Shown here: positions 1 to 10,195 of the stretch, in pieces
Position numbering within the stretch: the first letter of the stretch is position 1
Layout of the letters: every line of letters begins with the position of its first letter
From: Planctopirus limnophila DSM 3776
GTDB lineage: Bacteria > Planctomycetota > Planctomycetia > Planctomycetales > Planctomycetaceae
Assembly (NCBI RefSeq): GCF_000092105.1
Contig: NC_014148.1
Coordinates: 4,920,001-4,952,000 of the forward strand
Direction of reading: 5' to 3'
Length of the DNA: 32,000 nt
The notes under the pieces: generated by a model
Seen by the model: the letters and a program-made list of their open reading frames with translations, nothing else
What the model was told of the DNA's origin: nothing
The model's database searches: none
Translations under genes and position numbers: made by a program

Positions 1-792
1 GATCCTGAGCGACCGTCGCCTTCGGCCCAAAGATCCGTACTCCAGGCCCCATTTTCTCCGGATTGTCGTTGTACCTGCGGAAATCAATCGTCGTGATTTC
101 AGCATTGGCGAGTTGTGCCAGATCATCGGGAATTTCAATCAGACTGATCGTTCCTTCAGGATCAAAATCATAGTTCTCATTCGGGGAACCTTCGTTGGCA
201 ACGGCAAGAAGTTTTCCATCATTCGTCAGTGCCACACAGTCCGGCTCATAACCCACCTGGATCTGGTGAACAATCTTGCGATGGACTGGGTCAATCAGGA
301 CAACATGACCACGTTGGCGACGATCTTCTGTAGCAACAGACGCAACGACTCGTCCTGCCCTCGCCGAAACGGATGTGGGTATTCCCAGAGCTGAGACGCT
401 GATCTGGTCAACTCGCACTGGCAGGGCCGGTTGCGACAGATCAAGGACATCGATGACCTGATCTTCCACATTGACGACGAAAAGTTGCCTGGTTGTTGGA
501 TCAAAAGCCGTGATTTCAGTGGCCGATGTTCCTGACTTTTCACTGTGCCGAAAACGGCCGAGAAACTGAAGTTGAACCTCGCCACGAGGGAGAATCTTCA
601 AAGTTCGTGCTGTCGAAGATTGATTCGGTAAAGCGACGGCGGCGGGCTCAGTGGCGACCGCAGTGTTGACCTGCACTGTCCAAACCAGCAGAGACGCCAC
701 AACAATTGCGGCAGCAATCACCTTCCAGGCAGCGACGTGCTGATTGTTCAGTAGGCGGAACTGCCCTCTTACTTTCCCCCAGAACTTCCGCA
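1..792 (-). CDS. Secreted beta-propeller protein, choice-of-anchor I-like. Only the N-terminal part is present; the C-terminus runs off the window edge.
   Basis: This minus-strand frame is absent from the ORF track because it has no in-window stop. My translation from the GTG at 792 is (M)RKFWGKVRGQFRLLNNQHVAAWKVIAAAIVVASLLVWTVQVNTAVA (signal peptide) ... EITAFDPTTRQLFVVNVEDQVIDVLDLSQP ... GYEPDCVALTNDGKLLAVANEGSPNENYDFDPEGTISLIEI ... GVRIFGPKATVAQD. The ANEG-P..Y..DPEG-IS-I and RIFGP blocks resemble choice-of-anchor I / phytase-like propellers. There is no ATG, so the start (GTG 792 or TTG about 821) is uncertain. Confidence 0.55.
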
Positions 793-1166
793 CTGTGCCT
801 GCACTCCCGAAATCCAAAACATCCCCATCTGGCGATATTGCCGAGGGTTGAATTGTTAAGACGCGGAAGATTAGGAGTGGATTGTGAAGAAAATGTTAGC
901 GTCGCGTGAGGAAACGATGATTTGTTAAGATTTTGGAGAGGCTCTTGCAATCTGGGTGACTATATATCCTCGCTTATTATTATCCATTCCATTTAACATC
1001 TGATAAAATGAATAGATCCAGCCAGCGAATACTCACCGGATGGATCTTTCTGTCTGTTCGGAAGTCCGTCGATTCTCCCTAAGTGGGATGATGCGACGAG
1101 TTCGAGCCAGCGATGAATTGTGTCACGTTCAACCATAGATCATGACTGCATCAGGTGCTGTCAGCA

Positions 1167-2177
1167 TTAAATTTCGCCGAGAACCTCACCACCCGAGCGT
1201 GTCCCCAATGCTCGCCAGATCCCCTGGTCGATGTTTTCGGAGACCGCACGGACCGAGCCATCCATTAACAGCGACTGCACAATCCCTTCGTGGTAACTGC
1301 GAGAAGTGATGATGCCGTACGTTGGTGCCGTCAGGCTGGTTCCTTCGCGATTGCTGGAGACATCAATGTCATAAGTCACACCCGCTTCAACATGCGGCAC
1401 CGAAGTATTCGGCCCGAATGTGGTGGTAAAGCCGGTGTGAATGGCTCTGCCACAGACCCATTCGGTATGGCCATTGACTGCAGACCAGGCACCGCCCGCA
1501 GTATAGGTTCCTGAAACCTGGCTGGGAGCGGTTGGTTCTGTGGCAACACCGGTGGTGTCGTGGAAACGAGGTGTAAAGGCCTTCACTTCAGCCATGGCCA
1601 TGGTATTGCTGGTCCCATCCGTGAAGCTGGCGGTCGTGAGTTTTCCATTGGGAGCAAAAGCGGCTCCGCCATTCTGCCCGTTGTTGGGGTCGTAAATGAG
1701 ATAGCGGCCGATGTTCATGGCGTAACACAGGGGGTAATGCTCGGGAGTGCCACTGCTGTTCAAGCGAGCGCGATCGCCGGGATCACTGGGGCAGATGAGG
1801 ACTGAGACCTTGGTGGCTGCCGGCCCGAAAGGTGGATAAACACTGGTGTTCACGGCATGGTGATAGCCCAGCGAGAAGTTCATTTTGCTGTAGATTGTGC
1901 CTCCATCCAGATACGGGAGTATGAAGGCTTGAGCCGACCAGGGCTGTTGTGAAGTGCTGTTGCGATCAATGCAGCCTGAGGGTGGAAAGACACTGAAGGC
2001 ATCGTGGTAGTTGTGGAGTGCCAGGCCCAGTTGCTTGAGGTTGTTTTTGCACTGAGTTCTGCGGGCGGCTTCTCGGGCCTGCTGCACAGCCGGCAAGAGG
2101 AGTGCAATCAGAATGGCAATAATGGCAATCACGACGAGCAGTTCGATGAGCGTAAATGCCGAGCGAGCATTTCTCAT
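1167..2177 (-). CDS. DUF1559 protein with canonical prepilin-type N-terminal cleavage/methylation domain (pseudopilin-like)
   Basis: The track ORF 1167..2273 starts at a TTG. The first ATG (2177) is preceded by GGAGAT and gives [59 protein letters not shown]. The C-terminal ...[15 protein letters not shown] block is typical of DUF1559. Confidence 0.9.
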   Translation of the reverse strand: MRNARSAFTLIELLVVIAIIAILIALLLPAVQQAREAARRTQCKNNLKQLGLALHNYHDAFSVFPPSGCIDRNSTSQQPWSAQAFILPYLDGGTIYSKMNFSLGYHHAVNTSVYPPFGPAATKVSVLICPSDPGDRARLNSSGTPEHYPLCYAMNIGRYLIYDPNNGQNGGAAFAPNGKLTTASFTDGTSNTMAMAEVKAFTPRFHDTTGVATEPTAPSQVSGTYTAGGAWSAVNGHTEWVCGRAIHTGFTTTFGPNTSVPHVEAGVTYDIDVSSNREGTSLTAPTYGIITSRSYHEGIVQSLLMDGSVRAVSENIDQGIWRALGTRSGGEVLGEI

Positions 2178-2471
2178 AGGGAGATCTCCAGTCGATGTCG
2201 GGCAGGGCAAAGAGGTCAATCGGCGGGCCGAACATGGCTGGCTGGGAAAGTTGGGACGCTGCGGGCGGTTCAACTTTCTGGCTGGCGGCCATTAAGACTG
2301 AGATTCAGTCTCAATAGTTAAGCGATTGTAAGCTTGGAGATTCTTTTTGGCAAACCTTGATGTGAAAAAGAGTTTCAGGAGCAAACAATATTTCGCGTAA
2401 CAGATTTCCGCATAAGAAGTTGCAACGCAGGAGACCAGTATGATCAAAAGGAGGGATCTTGCTCGATGCCG

Positions 2472-3017
2472 CTAGGAAAGTGGCCGATTGGCCAGATCGA
2501 GGATGATCAGAGGAACCGCGCGAATCATGAACAGGGCCACCAGAAGGCCGCAGGCAGTCCAGGAGGTGAAGATCGCGCGGAATATGCCTCGGACCTCCTC
2601 CAGCATTGGTGAATAGAGGCCCAGATCAAATTGCAGGCCCCAGTGGTAACGGCGGTTCATCACCCACAAGAAATGCCGCGACACGACATACCAGCTCAGC
2701 AATTCCACCACTTCAAGACTGCGAGGAAACGGCAACCCGCTCCGCACATAACAGAGAACCACGATCACCTGGATCAATCCCATGAGCACCGCCGGGAGAA
2801 GAGAGAGCCCCAGCCAGCCATCGGGCGAAAAGAGACTCTGGAGTTGGAATGGTTTCATCACGAGCACTTTTTTGCAGGTGGGAGTGGGTTTGAGGGTGTT
2901 CATGGACAGCGAGGGGGTATCAAGGTGCGACAGATGAGTTCTGCAAAGGTTGCATATATCGTAGAAGATCGTTCTATGTAACCGGGCCTGAAAGCTGGTG
3001 CATTCCGAAGACTTCAT
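2472..3017 (-). CDS. Hypothetical small membrane protein; start uncertain
   Basis: The ORF starts with ATG at 3017. Alternative ATGs lie at 2903 (MNTLK) and 2858 (MKPFQLQ). Hydrophobic segments include WLGLSLLPAVLMGLIQVIVVLCYV and ACGLLVALFMIRAVPLIILDL. It is on the same strand as the DUF1559 genes and lies between them. I recognise no family. Confidence 0.45.
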   Translation of the reverse strand: MKSSECTSFQARLHRTIFYDICNLCRTHLSHLDTPSLSMNTLKPTPTCKKVLVMKPFQLQSLFSPDGWLGLSLLPAVLMGLIQVIVVLCYVRSGLPFPRSLEVVELLSWYVVSRHFLWVMNRRYHWGLQFDLGLYSPMLEEVRGIFRAIFTSWTACGLLVALFMIRAVPLIILDLANRPLS

Positions 3018-3094
3018 GCACCCTACTTATAGAGTGAGGATTCTGTATAGGTCGTGCGATAACGAGTTGATCGACCTGTCGCTTTGACTTCGCT

Positions 3095-4246
3095 TCAACG
3101 GTTTATATTTTCGTCCGGCGAATCGTTATCTTGAATCGTTGACGATGACTTCAGAACTTGAATTCTTCGCGGTGTGCTCTTTACCTCAACAAGCACGATC
3201 TCCGGATTCTCGACACCGTTGATGTCGATGGACTCCAGATGCGGGGACCGCAGGATCACGCGTATTTCTTCGGCAGTCACTGTGCCTTTGACGATCACCT
3301 GCTTGATACTGGCTTCCAGGCAAAGTTTTTCCAAACTGACTAACCAACCCAGATATGCGGGTTCGTATCGCTTTTCTGGAGGGGAAGTATCACCTGCTGC
3401 CGTCGAGACTGTCAAAGTCTGGCCGTCGATGGATAGCCGAGCGCGCTGATCAGGGTTATTCTTACCATACAAACTACTCCAAAGATGCTTTACATATGGC
3501 TTACTTAAAGGTGGCGGAATCCCAGGTTCGCGGGCCGTCAATTCTGGTGCCGGCCTGAGTGATTCCGGCCCTTGCATGGCGTGCCAGATTGATTCATCAG
3601 CTTCAAGAGTGACCGTTTTGACAGAACCATCACCCATGAGGCCATGCGTGACCTCTCGACCGTGGGAGCTGAAGCCGAATGGAGAAGTGTTTCGAGGTAT
3701 GCTGACTTCGCGCCAGGCAGTCGTTGAAGCAAAAATATCAAACGGCTCGGAAGCATCGGCTGCGAGAAGCGTGTGAGCCGAAGTGCCAAGATCGTCAAGC
3801 GTCACGTGACTATTGCGATGCATGACCCAGGAGTTGGCCGCGACATGAATCAGTGGATAGCCATTGGCGGAGGATGGTGTCTCAAGACTGGGGTCCAGCC
3901 ACGAAATATTCTCCCGGCAATGACGATCTGTAAACCATTCGACCTGCCGGGGATCATCCCAGGGGATATTCTGATCAAGTCGATAGTAGAATGGAGTACA
4001 TGCCAGGTAAGGAATCAAGGGGACGGGCCAGCCAAAATAGCCGTGTCCCTCAGCGTTATAGACACCTCCCGGTGGGAATGTGTCAAATACATCATGATAG
4101 TTATGAAGTGCCAGACCAATCTGCTTGAGGTTATTCCGCCACTGCGTGCGACGAGCCGCTTCTCGGGATTGGTGAATTGCCGGTAGAATCAACATCACAA
4201 CAAGCAGTGGAAAAAGGACTCCTGCGGCAATCTTCAGGTATCTCAT
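3095..4246 (-). CDS. Atypical DUF1559-like protein: membrane anchor without a prepilin cleavage motif, plus a C-terminal extension of about 130 aa of unknown type
   Basis: [61 protein letters not shown] aligns with the DUF1559 N-region of the 1167..2177 product but lacks [11 protein letters not shown]. It retains [11 protein letters not shown] (the DUF1559 DGSV block). It is a paralog of 4311..5417. Confidence 0.8.
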   Translation of the reverse strand: MRYLKIAAGVLFPLLVVMLILPAIHQSREAARRTQWRNNLKQIGLALHNYHDVFDTFPPGGVYNAEGHGYFGWPVPLIPYLACTPFYYRLDQNIPWDDPRQVEWFTDRHCRENISWLDPSLETPSSANGYPLIHVAANSWVMHRNSHVTLDDLGTSAHTLLAADASEPFDIFASTTAWREVSIPRNTSPFGFSSHGREVTHGLMGDGSVKTVTLEADESIWHAMQGPESLRPAPELTAREPGIPPPLSKPYVKHLWSSLYGKNNPDQRARLSIDGQTLTVSTAAGDTSPPEKRYEPAYLGWLVSLEKLCLEASIKQVIVKGTVTAEEIRVILRSPHLESIDINGVENPEIVLVEVKSTPRRIQVLKSSSTIQDNDSPDENINR

Positions 4247-4310
4247 GATGTTTCCTAAGCGTCATAGTAATTAGCTTCTAACAGAGATCGTCATGAAGAG
4301 GATGAGTCGC

Positions 4311-5417
4311 TCATTCGGAGGAGTCGGGCGTCTCAATAATTTGGATTCGGTGTGACTCTTGTTCGAGCAGTGGACGAATCACGGGTGCATTTCGAATTGC
4401 ACGAATATCCACGGTCTTCAGGTTCTTGCAGGACAATAGAACCTTCACCTCTTCGGGTGATGGATAGCGATACAACTTTGCCGATTGCACATCCCCTTTT
4501 GCACATAATGCGGCCAATTCAATCAGCCAGGATTGGAAGACTTCCTCTCGCCGTTCACTCAGTAAGCACGGATCAACGGACTCAGTATTGAGAATCAAGT
4601 GTTGACCATCAGCGGTCAGTGTTGCTTTCTGACTGTCCTTGTGAAACATGTCAGTCCAGATGCGGCGGTCAAAGTGAGTTGGAGCTGGGGGGATGCCTGG
4701 GATACGGTCAATAAGTTTATCAACTGGTCTGAGTGACTCTGGCCCTTGCATCTGTTTCCAGATCGATGCGTCGACGTTCACATCGACAGACCGGACGGTC
4801 GCATCGGCCATGAGACAATGAGCCATCGGACGGCCATGTGAGCTGAAACCTGATGGAGAACTGTTGATAGGAATGCTGGCGTCTCTCCAGGCCGTTGTGG
4901 AACCATAAATATCAAATGGTTCCGAAGCATCGGCTGCCAGAAGTGTCGAGGCGAGGTCTCCCACATCTTGTAAGGTCACATGACTATTGCGATGCATGAC
5001 CCAGGAGTTGGCCGCGACATGAATGAGCGGAAACGTATTTTTCTCCGTGAGGGTGAGGCCAGGGTCTTGCCACCAACGTCCTTCCCGGCAATGGGCCATT
5101 GTAAACCATTCGATTTGCCGGGGATCATCCCAGGGGATTCGATCATCAACCCAAGACGAAAAGGGAGTCTGCGTTTGAAATTGCGCCAGACGGCTAGGCC
5201 ATCCCTGATAACCTTGCCCTGCTTCACTAAAGATTCCACCAGGTGGCAGGCAATTGTAAACATCATGGTAGTTATGGAGTGCCAGGCCAATCTCTTTCAG
5301 CCGGTACATCCAGTCTGATCGCCGGGCCTGTTCTCGCCCATTGAGAACTGCGGCACTTAAGAGTGTCAGCACAACGACCGTGAGAACGAGCCCAACAGCA
5401 ATTTTCAGGATGTTCAT
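4311..5417 (-). CDS. Atypical DUF1559-like protein, tandem paralog of 3095..4246
   Basis: [61 protein letters not shown]. It shares [20 protein letters not shown] and [13 protein letters not shown] exactly with the neighbour. The DGSV block has changed to MADATV. The C-terminal extension is homologous to the neighbour's. Confidence 0.8.
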   Translation of the reverse strand: MNILKIAVGLVLTVVVLTLLSAAVLNGREQARRSDWMYRLKEIGLALHNYHDVYNCLPPGGIFSEAGQGYQGWPSRLAQFQTQTPFSSWVDDRIPWDDPRQIEWFTMAHCREGRWWQDPGLTLTEKNTFPLIHVAANSWVMHRNSHVTLQDVGDLASTLLAADASEPFDIYGSTTAWRDASIPINSSPSGFSSHGRPMAHCLMADATVRSVDVNVDASIWKQMQGPESLRPVDKLIDRIPGIPPAPTHFDRRIWTDMFHKDSQKATLTADGQHLILNTESVDPCLLSERREEVFQSWLIELAALCAKGDVQSAKLYRYPSPEEVKVLLSCKNLKTVDIRAIRNAPVIRPLLEQESHRIQIIETPDSSE

Positions 5418-5508
5418 GATGTCATCTCACGTTCGGGCTGCAGACCACGAAACCAGCAGTTTCAATAGATGCCGGGTGTTCATGGTCGGATTGCAGCTAC
5501 GATTGAGA

Positions 5509-6939
5509 CTACACCTTGAGTTCTTCTGCCGCCAGACCGAGTGTGCTTTGATAGCGCTGGCGGATGAGGGTGATGATCTCGGAAACAAATTGCTCGACCT
5601 GTTCCGGTGCACGACCTACAAATCGCCGGGCATCGAGTGCAGCACCCAGATCGACCTTGGCAAAGGCGGCATCACCCTTGAGTCGCTCGATGAGGTCGTT
5701 GGGTAAGCCGTGCTCTTTGACCTGTCGAGCGGCTTCATGACTGTGAATGCGGACGCGCTCGTGGAGATCCTGCCGGTCGCCACCGGCACGCACACCTTCC
5801 ATCAGAATCTCTTCGGTCGCCATGAATGGCAACTCGGCAGCGAGTCTTTGGGTAATCACCTTCGGGTAAACCACCAGCCCATCCACCACGTTCCGATAAA
5901 GAATCAGGATGGCATCGGTCGCGAGAAATGCCTGTGGAATGGAGAGCCGCCGGACGGCACTGTCGTCGAGAGTTCGTTCCATCCACTGCGTAGCGACTGT
6001 CTGGCCGATGGAAGCCGTGACGCTGGAGACAAACCGCGACAGGCTGCACATTCGCTCAGACCGCATGGGGTTGCGCTTGTAGGCCATGGCCGATGAACCG
6101 ATCTGCTGCTTCTCGAACGGCTCTTCGATCTCTTTGTTGCTTTGCAGAATGCGCAGATCGGTCCCTGTCTTGTGGGCACTCTGGGCAATGCCATCGAGAA
6201 CATCGAGAATCTGCACATCGAGCTTGCGGGTATAGGTCTGGCCAGTCACGGCGCAGCGCTGGGCAAAGCCCATCTTTTCGGCCACCCGGCGATCGAGTTC
6301 TTCCACCTTGGCGTGATCGCCGTTGAACAACGTGAGGAATGTCGCCTGAGTCCCGGTGGTGCCTTTCGCACCGCGGAACCTCAGGTTTTCGATGCGATGT
6401 TCCAGATCTTCCAGATCGAGCACCAGATCGTAACACCAGAGTGTGGCTCTCTTTCCCACCGTTGTCGGCTGGGCAGGCTGCAAATGGGTGTACCCCAAGC
6501 AGGGGAGGTCTTTGTATTCGACAGCAAACTTCGACAGCCGGTCGATGGTGGCGACGAGTTTATCGCGCAGCAGTTCCATCCCTTGCCGCATGAGAATGAG
6601 GTCGGCGTTGTCGGTGACATAGCAACTGGTGGCCCCCAGGTGAATGATGGGCCGGGCTGAGGGACATTGATCACCCCAGGCGTGGACGTGAGCCATGACA
6701 TCGTGCCGCAGTTCCTTCTCGTAGCGGGCGGCGGCAGCGAAATCGATATCTTCGAGGCGAGACTTGAGTTCATCGATCTGACTTTGCGAAACCGGCAGAC
6801 CCAGTTCGTGTTCGGCTTCCGCCAGCGCCACCCACAGTTTGCGCCAGGTGGCGTGCCGCACCTGCGGCGACCAGAGGGCACTCATGGCTTTGGAGGCGTA
6901 GCGGGAAACGAGTGGGTTGTCGTAATGTTCGTGAGACAC
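5509..6939 (-). CDS. purB: Adenylosuccinate lyase
   Basis: 476 aa. The N-terminus is [19 protein letters not shown]..., and the fumarate-lyase signature [14 protein letters not shown] is present. The GTG start at 6939 has GGAG 6 nt upstream. Confidence 0.95.
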   Translation of the reverse strand: MSHEHYDNPLVSRYASKAMSALWSPQVRHATWRKLWVALAEAEHELGLPVSQSQIDELKSRLEDIDFAAAARYEKELRHDVMAHVHAWGDQCPSARPIIHLGATSCYVTDNADLILMRQGMELLRDKLVATIDRLSKFAVEYKDLPCLGYTHLQPAQPTTVGKRATLWCYDLVLDLEDLEHRIENLRFRGAKGTTGTQATFLTLFNGDHAKVEELDRRVAEKMGFAQRCAVTGQTYTRKLDVQILDVLDGIAQSAHKTGTDLRILQSNKEIEEPFEKQQIGSSAMAYKRNPMRSERMCSLSRFVSSVTASIGQTVATQWMERTLDDSAVRRLSIPQAFLATDAILILYRNVVDGLVVYPKVITQRLAAELPFMATEEILMEGVRAGGDRQDLHERVRIHSHEAARQVKEHGLPNDLIERLKGDAAFAKVDLGAALDARRFVGRAPEQVEQFVSEIITLIRQRYQSTLGLAAEELKV

Positions 6940-7142
6940 GGAAAACTCCGGTTGAAAGGCCTGTTGCGGGCTACGGGAACCCGAACAAACCGAATGTCAG
7001 AAACCATGAAGTCAGGAAAATTCTTGCCCGAATATGGCACGGGCGTCTGCATGCGTTACGATGGAACTACTTTAACAGGTCGGCGAGACGTTGCCGACTC
7101 ATCCCGTCGTCTTACGCTCTCATTCGGAAACAGGCCCTGCTC

Positions 7143-8183
7143 ATGCCGACACCTCTTGAAACCCTCGTTGCCTGCGGCACCAAAGTCTGGCTCGACAGTA
7201 TCGATCCCGCACTGGTCGTAGAAAACCGCAAATTTGGAGCCACGGGTGCCACATCGAATCCAATTATCATTGCTGACCTGCTGAAGACGGGTCGCTTTGA
7301 TGATCAGATTCGCGCGTTGGTGGCCGAAGGGCATTCCGATGAAGCGATTGCCTGGGCGATGACCGATCGTCTTGTCCGCCAGGCACAGGAAGTTTTTGCC
7401 AGCGTTTACACAGAATCTGCGGGCAATAACGGCTACGTGAGCTTTGAACTCGATCCTCTCCTGGAAGATACCGCGAACACGTTGAGTGTGGCTGAAAAGG
7501 CCAAGAAGTATGTCGAGCTGGGTCAGCATTGGGCGGCAGGGCATTCCAACCGCATGATCAAGGTCCCCGCGACACCGGGTGGATTAGCTGCTCTCGAAGA
7601 GCTGGCCGCTTCCGGGATTACGCTGAATGTGACGCTGATCTTCTCGGAACGGCAGTATGAAGCGGCTCGGGAAGCGGTTTGGAAGGGTGCCCAGCGGCAC
7701 GGCAAGCTTGAACGCTTCAAATCGGTTTACAGCATCTTCGTCAGTCGGATTGATGTCTATACCAAGAAGCACGTTCCCACATTGATCCCTGCGGCTCAGG
7801 GTCAGGTCGGCATTGTGAATGCCCAAAGGCTCTGGGCAGAGAATCAGAAGTTCTGGGCCGACAAGAAGCTCCCACTTCAGCAGGAAATCATCTTCGCCAG
7901 CACAGGCACAAAAGACCCGGCAGAAGCTCCTGATCGTTATGTGAGTGCACTGGCTGGTTCCGATATCCAGACCAACCCACCTGCGACGAACGCGGCTGTC
8001 CAGAGCCTGACAGGTAAGGTTTACACCCGCAAAGTCGATCAATTGCCACCAGCCGACGTTCTGGCCGATATCGATGCAAAAGTCGATTTCGCCAAGATGG
8101 AACAAGTGCTGATGGAAGAAGGTCTGGCCAAGTTCGCCGATCCATTCAAGTCACTTCTTCAGGTGATCGCTTCCAAGCGCTAG
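7143..8183 (+). CDS. tal: Transaldolase
   Basis: The track ORF begins at GTG 6912. ATG 7143 gives [43 protein letters not shown]..., [40 protein letters not shown]. These are typical transaldolase blocks. Confidence 0.9.
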   Translation: MPTPLETLVACGTKVWLDSIDPALVVENRKFGATGATSNPIIIADLLKTGRFDDQIRALVAEGHSDEAIAWAMTDRLVRQAQEVFASVYTESAGNNGYVSFELDPLLEDTANTLSVAEKAKKYVELGQHWAAGHSNRMIKVPATPGGLAALEELAASGITLNVTLIFSERQYEAAREAVWKGAQRHGKLERFKSVYSIFVSRIDVYTKKHVPTLIPAAQGQVGIVNAQRLWAENQKFWADKKLPLQQEIIFASTGTKDPAEAPDRYVSALAGSDIQTNPPATNAAVQSLTGKVYTRKVDQLPPADVLADIDAKVDFAKMEQVLMEEGLAKFADPFKSLLQVIASKR

Positions 8184-8246
8184 TGCCGAAGTGTCTCTCG
8201 GCATGAGGTTTGGTAGCGATTTGCCAGACTGATGCAGGAGAAGAAT

Positions 8247-8858
8247 ATGCAACGAACAACATTTCTTATGAGACACAAACTGGTCGCGCTTCGGCCCGGT
8301 TTGTGTCTCAGTCTATTCACTGGGTTGGCGATTTGCTGTTTTAACCCGGCATTTGCTGAACCACCCGTTGCTGGAACCAGTGGCCAAGTGGCTCAGCAGC
8401 CACAGGATGGCGAGGTTCCCGCGGATGCCGAGCGGATTTTGGGTGAGTGGGTGCCGGTGGAGTTTATCTTTCTGGGCCTGCCGGTCCCGATGGAGAATAT
8501 TGCCGGGCTAAAGGTGGTGTTTGAAAAGGAAGAGCTGAAGCTCTATCCCCCCGCACCTGTTCGCAAGCTGAAAGAAGGGGAGCTGCCACCACCCGCCCCG
8601 ACTCCCATCAAATTCCGTTACCAGCTCTTAACAGATCGTGAGCCGCACCAGATCGAACTGACGGCGGAAGAAGGCCCGCAACAGGGACAAACAACAGGTT
8701 CGATTTACCAGTTTGATGAAAAAGGCCGCCTCGTCATTTGTGGTCATCTTGACCCTGCTGCCCCTCGGCCGGATGTCTTTGAATCGACCGATACGTCGCG
8801 CACGATTCTTTTCAAGTTCGAGCAGCATGTGAAGCCTGCTTCAACTCCAGAGAAATGA
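8247..8858 (+). CDS. Secreted protein with a planctomycete TIGR03067-like domain
   Basis: ATG 8247 has AGGAG 6 nt upstream; an alternative ATG is at 8232. The signal peptide is MQRTTFLMRHKLVALRPGLCLSLFTGLAICCFNPAFA. The pattern ILGEWVPVE...LKVVFEKEELKLY...PHQIELT...GSIYQFDEKGRLVIC...RPDVFES...ILFKFEQ fits the TIGR03067 layout as I remember it. Confidence 0.65.
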   Translation: MQRTTFLMRHKLVALRPGLCLSLFTGLAICCFNPAFAEPPVAGTSGQVAQQPQDGEVPADAERILGEWVPVEFIFLGLPVPMENIAGLKVVFEKEELKLYPPAPVRKLKEGELPPPAPTPIKFRYQLLTDREPHQIELTAEEGPQQGQTTGSIYQFDEKGRLVICGHLDPAAPRPDVFESTDTSRTILFKFEQHVKPASTPEK

Positions 8859-8859
8859 A

Positions 8860-9351
8860 TCATTGCCGAGTTTCGACAAGTATATCGATCAGTGATTGCA
8901 AGCCGGTCGCATCGAGTTGATTGAAGCGCTCGAATTGTGGGCTGTCGATGTCGAGGACTCCGAGGAGCTTCTGGCCAGAACAGATTGGCAGAACAATCTC
9001 GGAGTTCGAGGCGGAATCGCAGGCGATGTGCCCCGGGAATTGGTGAACATTGGGGACGATCTGCACAGCGAGGGTTTGTGCTGCAGTGCCGCAGACACCC
9101 TTACCGACGGGAATGCGGACACAGGCCGGGCGACCCTGGAATGGCCCGAGCACCAGTTCATTTCCCTGCAGAAAGTAAAAGCCCGCCCAGTTGATTTGGG
9201 GCAGGTTGTGATAAAGCAGGGCGGCACAGTTGGCGGTGTTGGCAATCCAGTCGGGTTCATCTTGGGTGATGGCGCGCAAATGCTGCTGCAACAGAGCGTA
9301 AAGCTCGGTGGGGCCTAAAGAGTGCGAATCGGTGAGGGACGTTTCGTGCAT
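8860..9351 (-). CDS. msrC: GAF-domain free methionine-(R)-sulfoxide reductase (YebR/MsrC family)
   Basis: 163 aa. WIANTANCAALLYHNLPQINWAGFYFLQGNELVLGPFQGRPACVRIPVGKGVCGTAA...GHIACDSASNSEIVLPI...GVLDIDSP matches the fRMsr/GAF_2 pattern, including the conserved Cys residues. Confidence 0.85.
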   Translation of the reverse strand: MHETSLTDSHSLGPTELYALLQQHLRAITQDEPDWIANTANCAALLYHNLPQINWAGFYFLQGNELVLGPFQGRPACVRIPVGKGVCGTAAQTLAVQIVPNVHQFPGHIACDSASNSEIVLPICSGQKLLGVLDIDSPQFERFNQLDATGLQSLIDILVETRQ

Positions 9352-9490
9352 TCGTTGTGATTATCTACGGATGATCGGTCGTGAATTGGAACAGTGTCCC
9401 CTTGAAGACATGCTCGCTCAGAGCCGCGAGGCATGGCACAGAGCCCTCGGGGAGCATGGCACATCAGGTTTTGTTGTGTGCTGGTCAACT

Positions 9491-9892
9491 TTACTTGACG
9501 GTGACGACGTACTTTTCGACTGTCGGTTTCAGAGTGCGATCAAAGGTTTGTTTGGATACGAGAATGGTGAGTTCGCCGGGATCGGTGGCTTCGATTTCGA
9601 ATTCCATCATGAGAGCACCAATCATGGGATGTCCGTCCCGATAGGTGCTGAGTCTGGTTTGTCGATGGAGCTTTCCTCTGCCGGAGATTGAAGTTTGGAT
9701 AATTCCGCCGGAAGGTGTGGAGCCTGTCACCCGGAGAATACTCCCCTTTTCGACCGTCAGGCTTTGCGGGCCATCGAGGACTACCACGTTGACCCAGTCG
9801 TCAGGCTTATCGGCCTGGGCGATTTCCACAGCGAATCCAGCCGAGAGGACGCAGACCAGCGTCAGTAGAGTGCCCCATATGAGACGATTCAT
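9491..9892 (-). CDS. Hypothetical small secreted protein
   Basis: The signal peptide is MNRLIWGTLLTLVCVLSAGFAVEIAQA. The remaining ~105 aa look beta-rich. I recognise no family. Confidence 0.6.
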   Translation of the reverse strand: MNRLIWGTLLTLVCVLSAGFAVEIAQADKPDDWVNVVVLDGPQSLTVEKGSILRVTGSTPSGGIIQTSISGRGKLHRQTRLSTYRDGHPMIGALMMEFEIEATDPGELTILVSKQTFDRTLKPTVEKYVVTVK

Positions 9893-9977
9893 CGCGAAGG
9901 CTTTCCGATTTCGAGGGATTGTTCTGGTGTTGAAATGTGTCTTACGGATACCAGTATTCGACTGCGATCCTTGGTAT

Positions 9978-10061
9978 GGGTGGCTGGGGTTGAGTCTTCG
10001 AACCCCCAGCGCTAACCAGCAAAAACTGGGGGTTCGCGAAGACGCTCAACCCCAGCCACCC
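9978..10061. repeat. REPIN-like paired-hairpin repeat, short form (copy 1 of 3)
   Basis: The left arm is gggtggctggggttgagtcttcgaacccccag (9978-10009). The right arm is ctgggggttcgcgaagacgctcaaccccagccaccc (10026-10061). The arms are inverted and separated by 16 nt. They carry the same GGGTGGCTGGGG...GTCTTC...CCCCAG arm motif as 21672-21832 and 31515-31684. The element lies between the DUF420 gene end and the start of the 9491..9892 gene. Confidence 0.8.
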
Positions 10062-10195
10062 GCCGCGCAGTTGATTATTGGAATCTGTTTCACGTCTCCG
10101 TGAGCATACGGATTAGAGGTGGGAACTCCAGGCTTTCGTTCCAGGAAAATCATATTCCTGACGGCTGCGATGAGCTCAAGGGATGGGTAAGAGAA

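Noticed and set aside
113-950. Track ORFs 113..394(+), 295..585(-) and 648..950(-)
   Set aside because: A different minus-strand frame is open from the window edge to about 900. It encodes a signal peptide plus a convincing beta-propeller-like sequence. The track ORFs are overlapping out-of-frame or antisense artefacts with Cys/Arg-rich nonsense translations.
1014-1047. Hairpin agatcca...tggatct downstream of the canonical DUF1559 gene as a terminator
   Set aside because: The stem is only 7 bp with a 20-nt loop and a weak U-tract. This is not enough to annotate.
5710-8145. Multiple antisense or overlapping ORFs within purB and tal (e.g. 6142..6660+, 6381..6881-, 7056..7544-, 7584..8105-)
   Set aside because: purB and tal are full-length with canonical signatures. 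The overlapping frames give compositionally biased translations with no domains.
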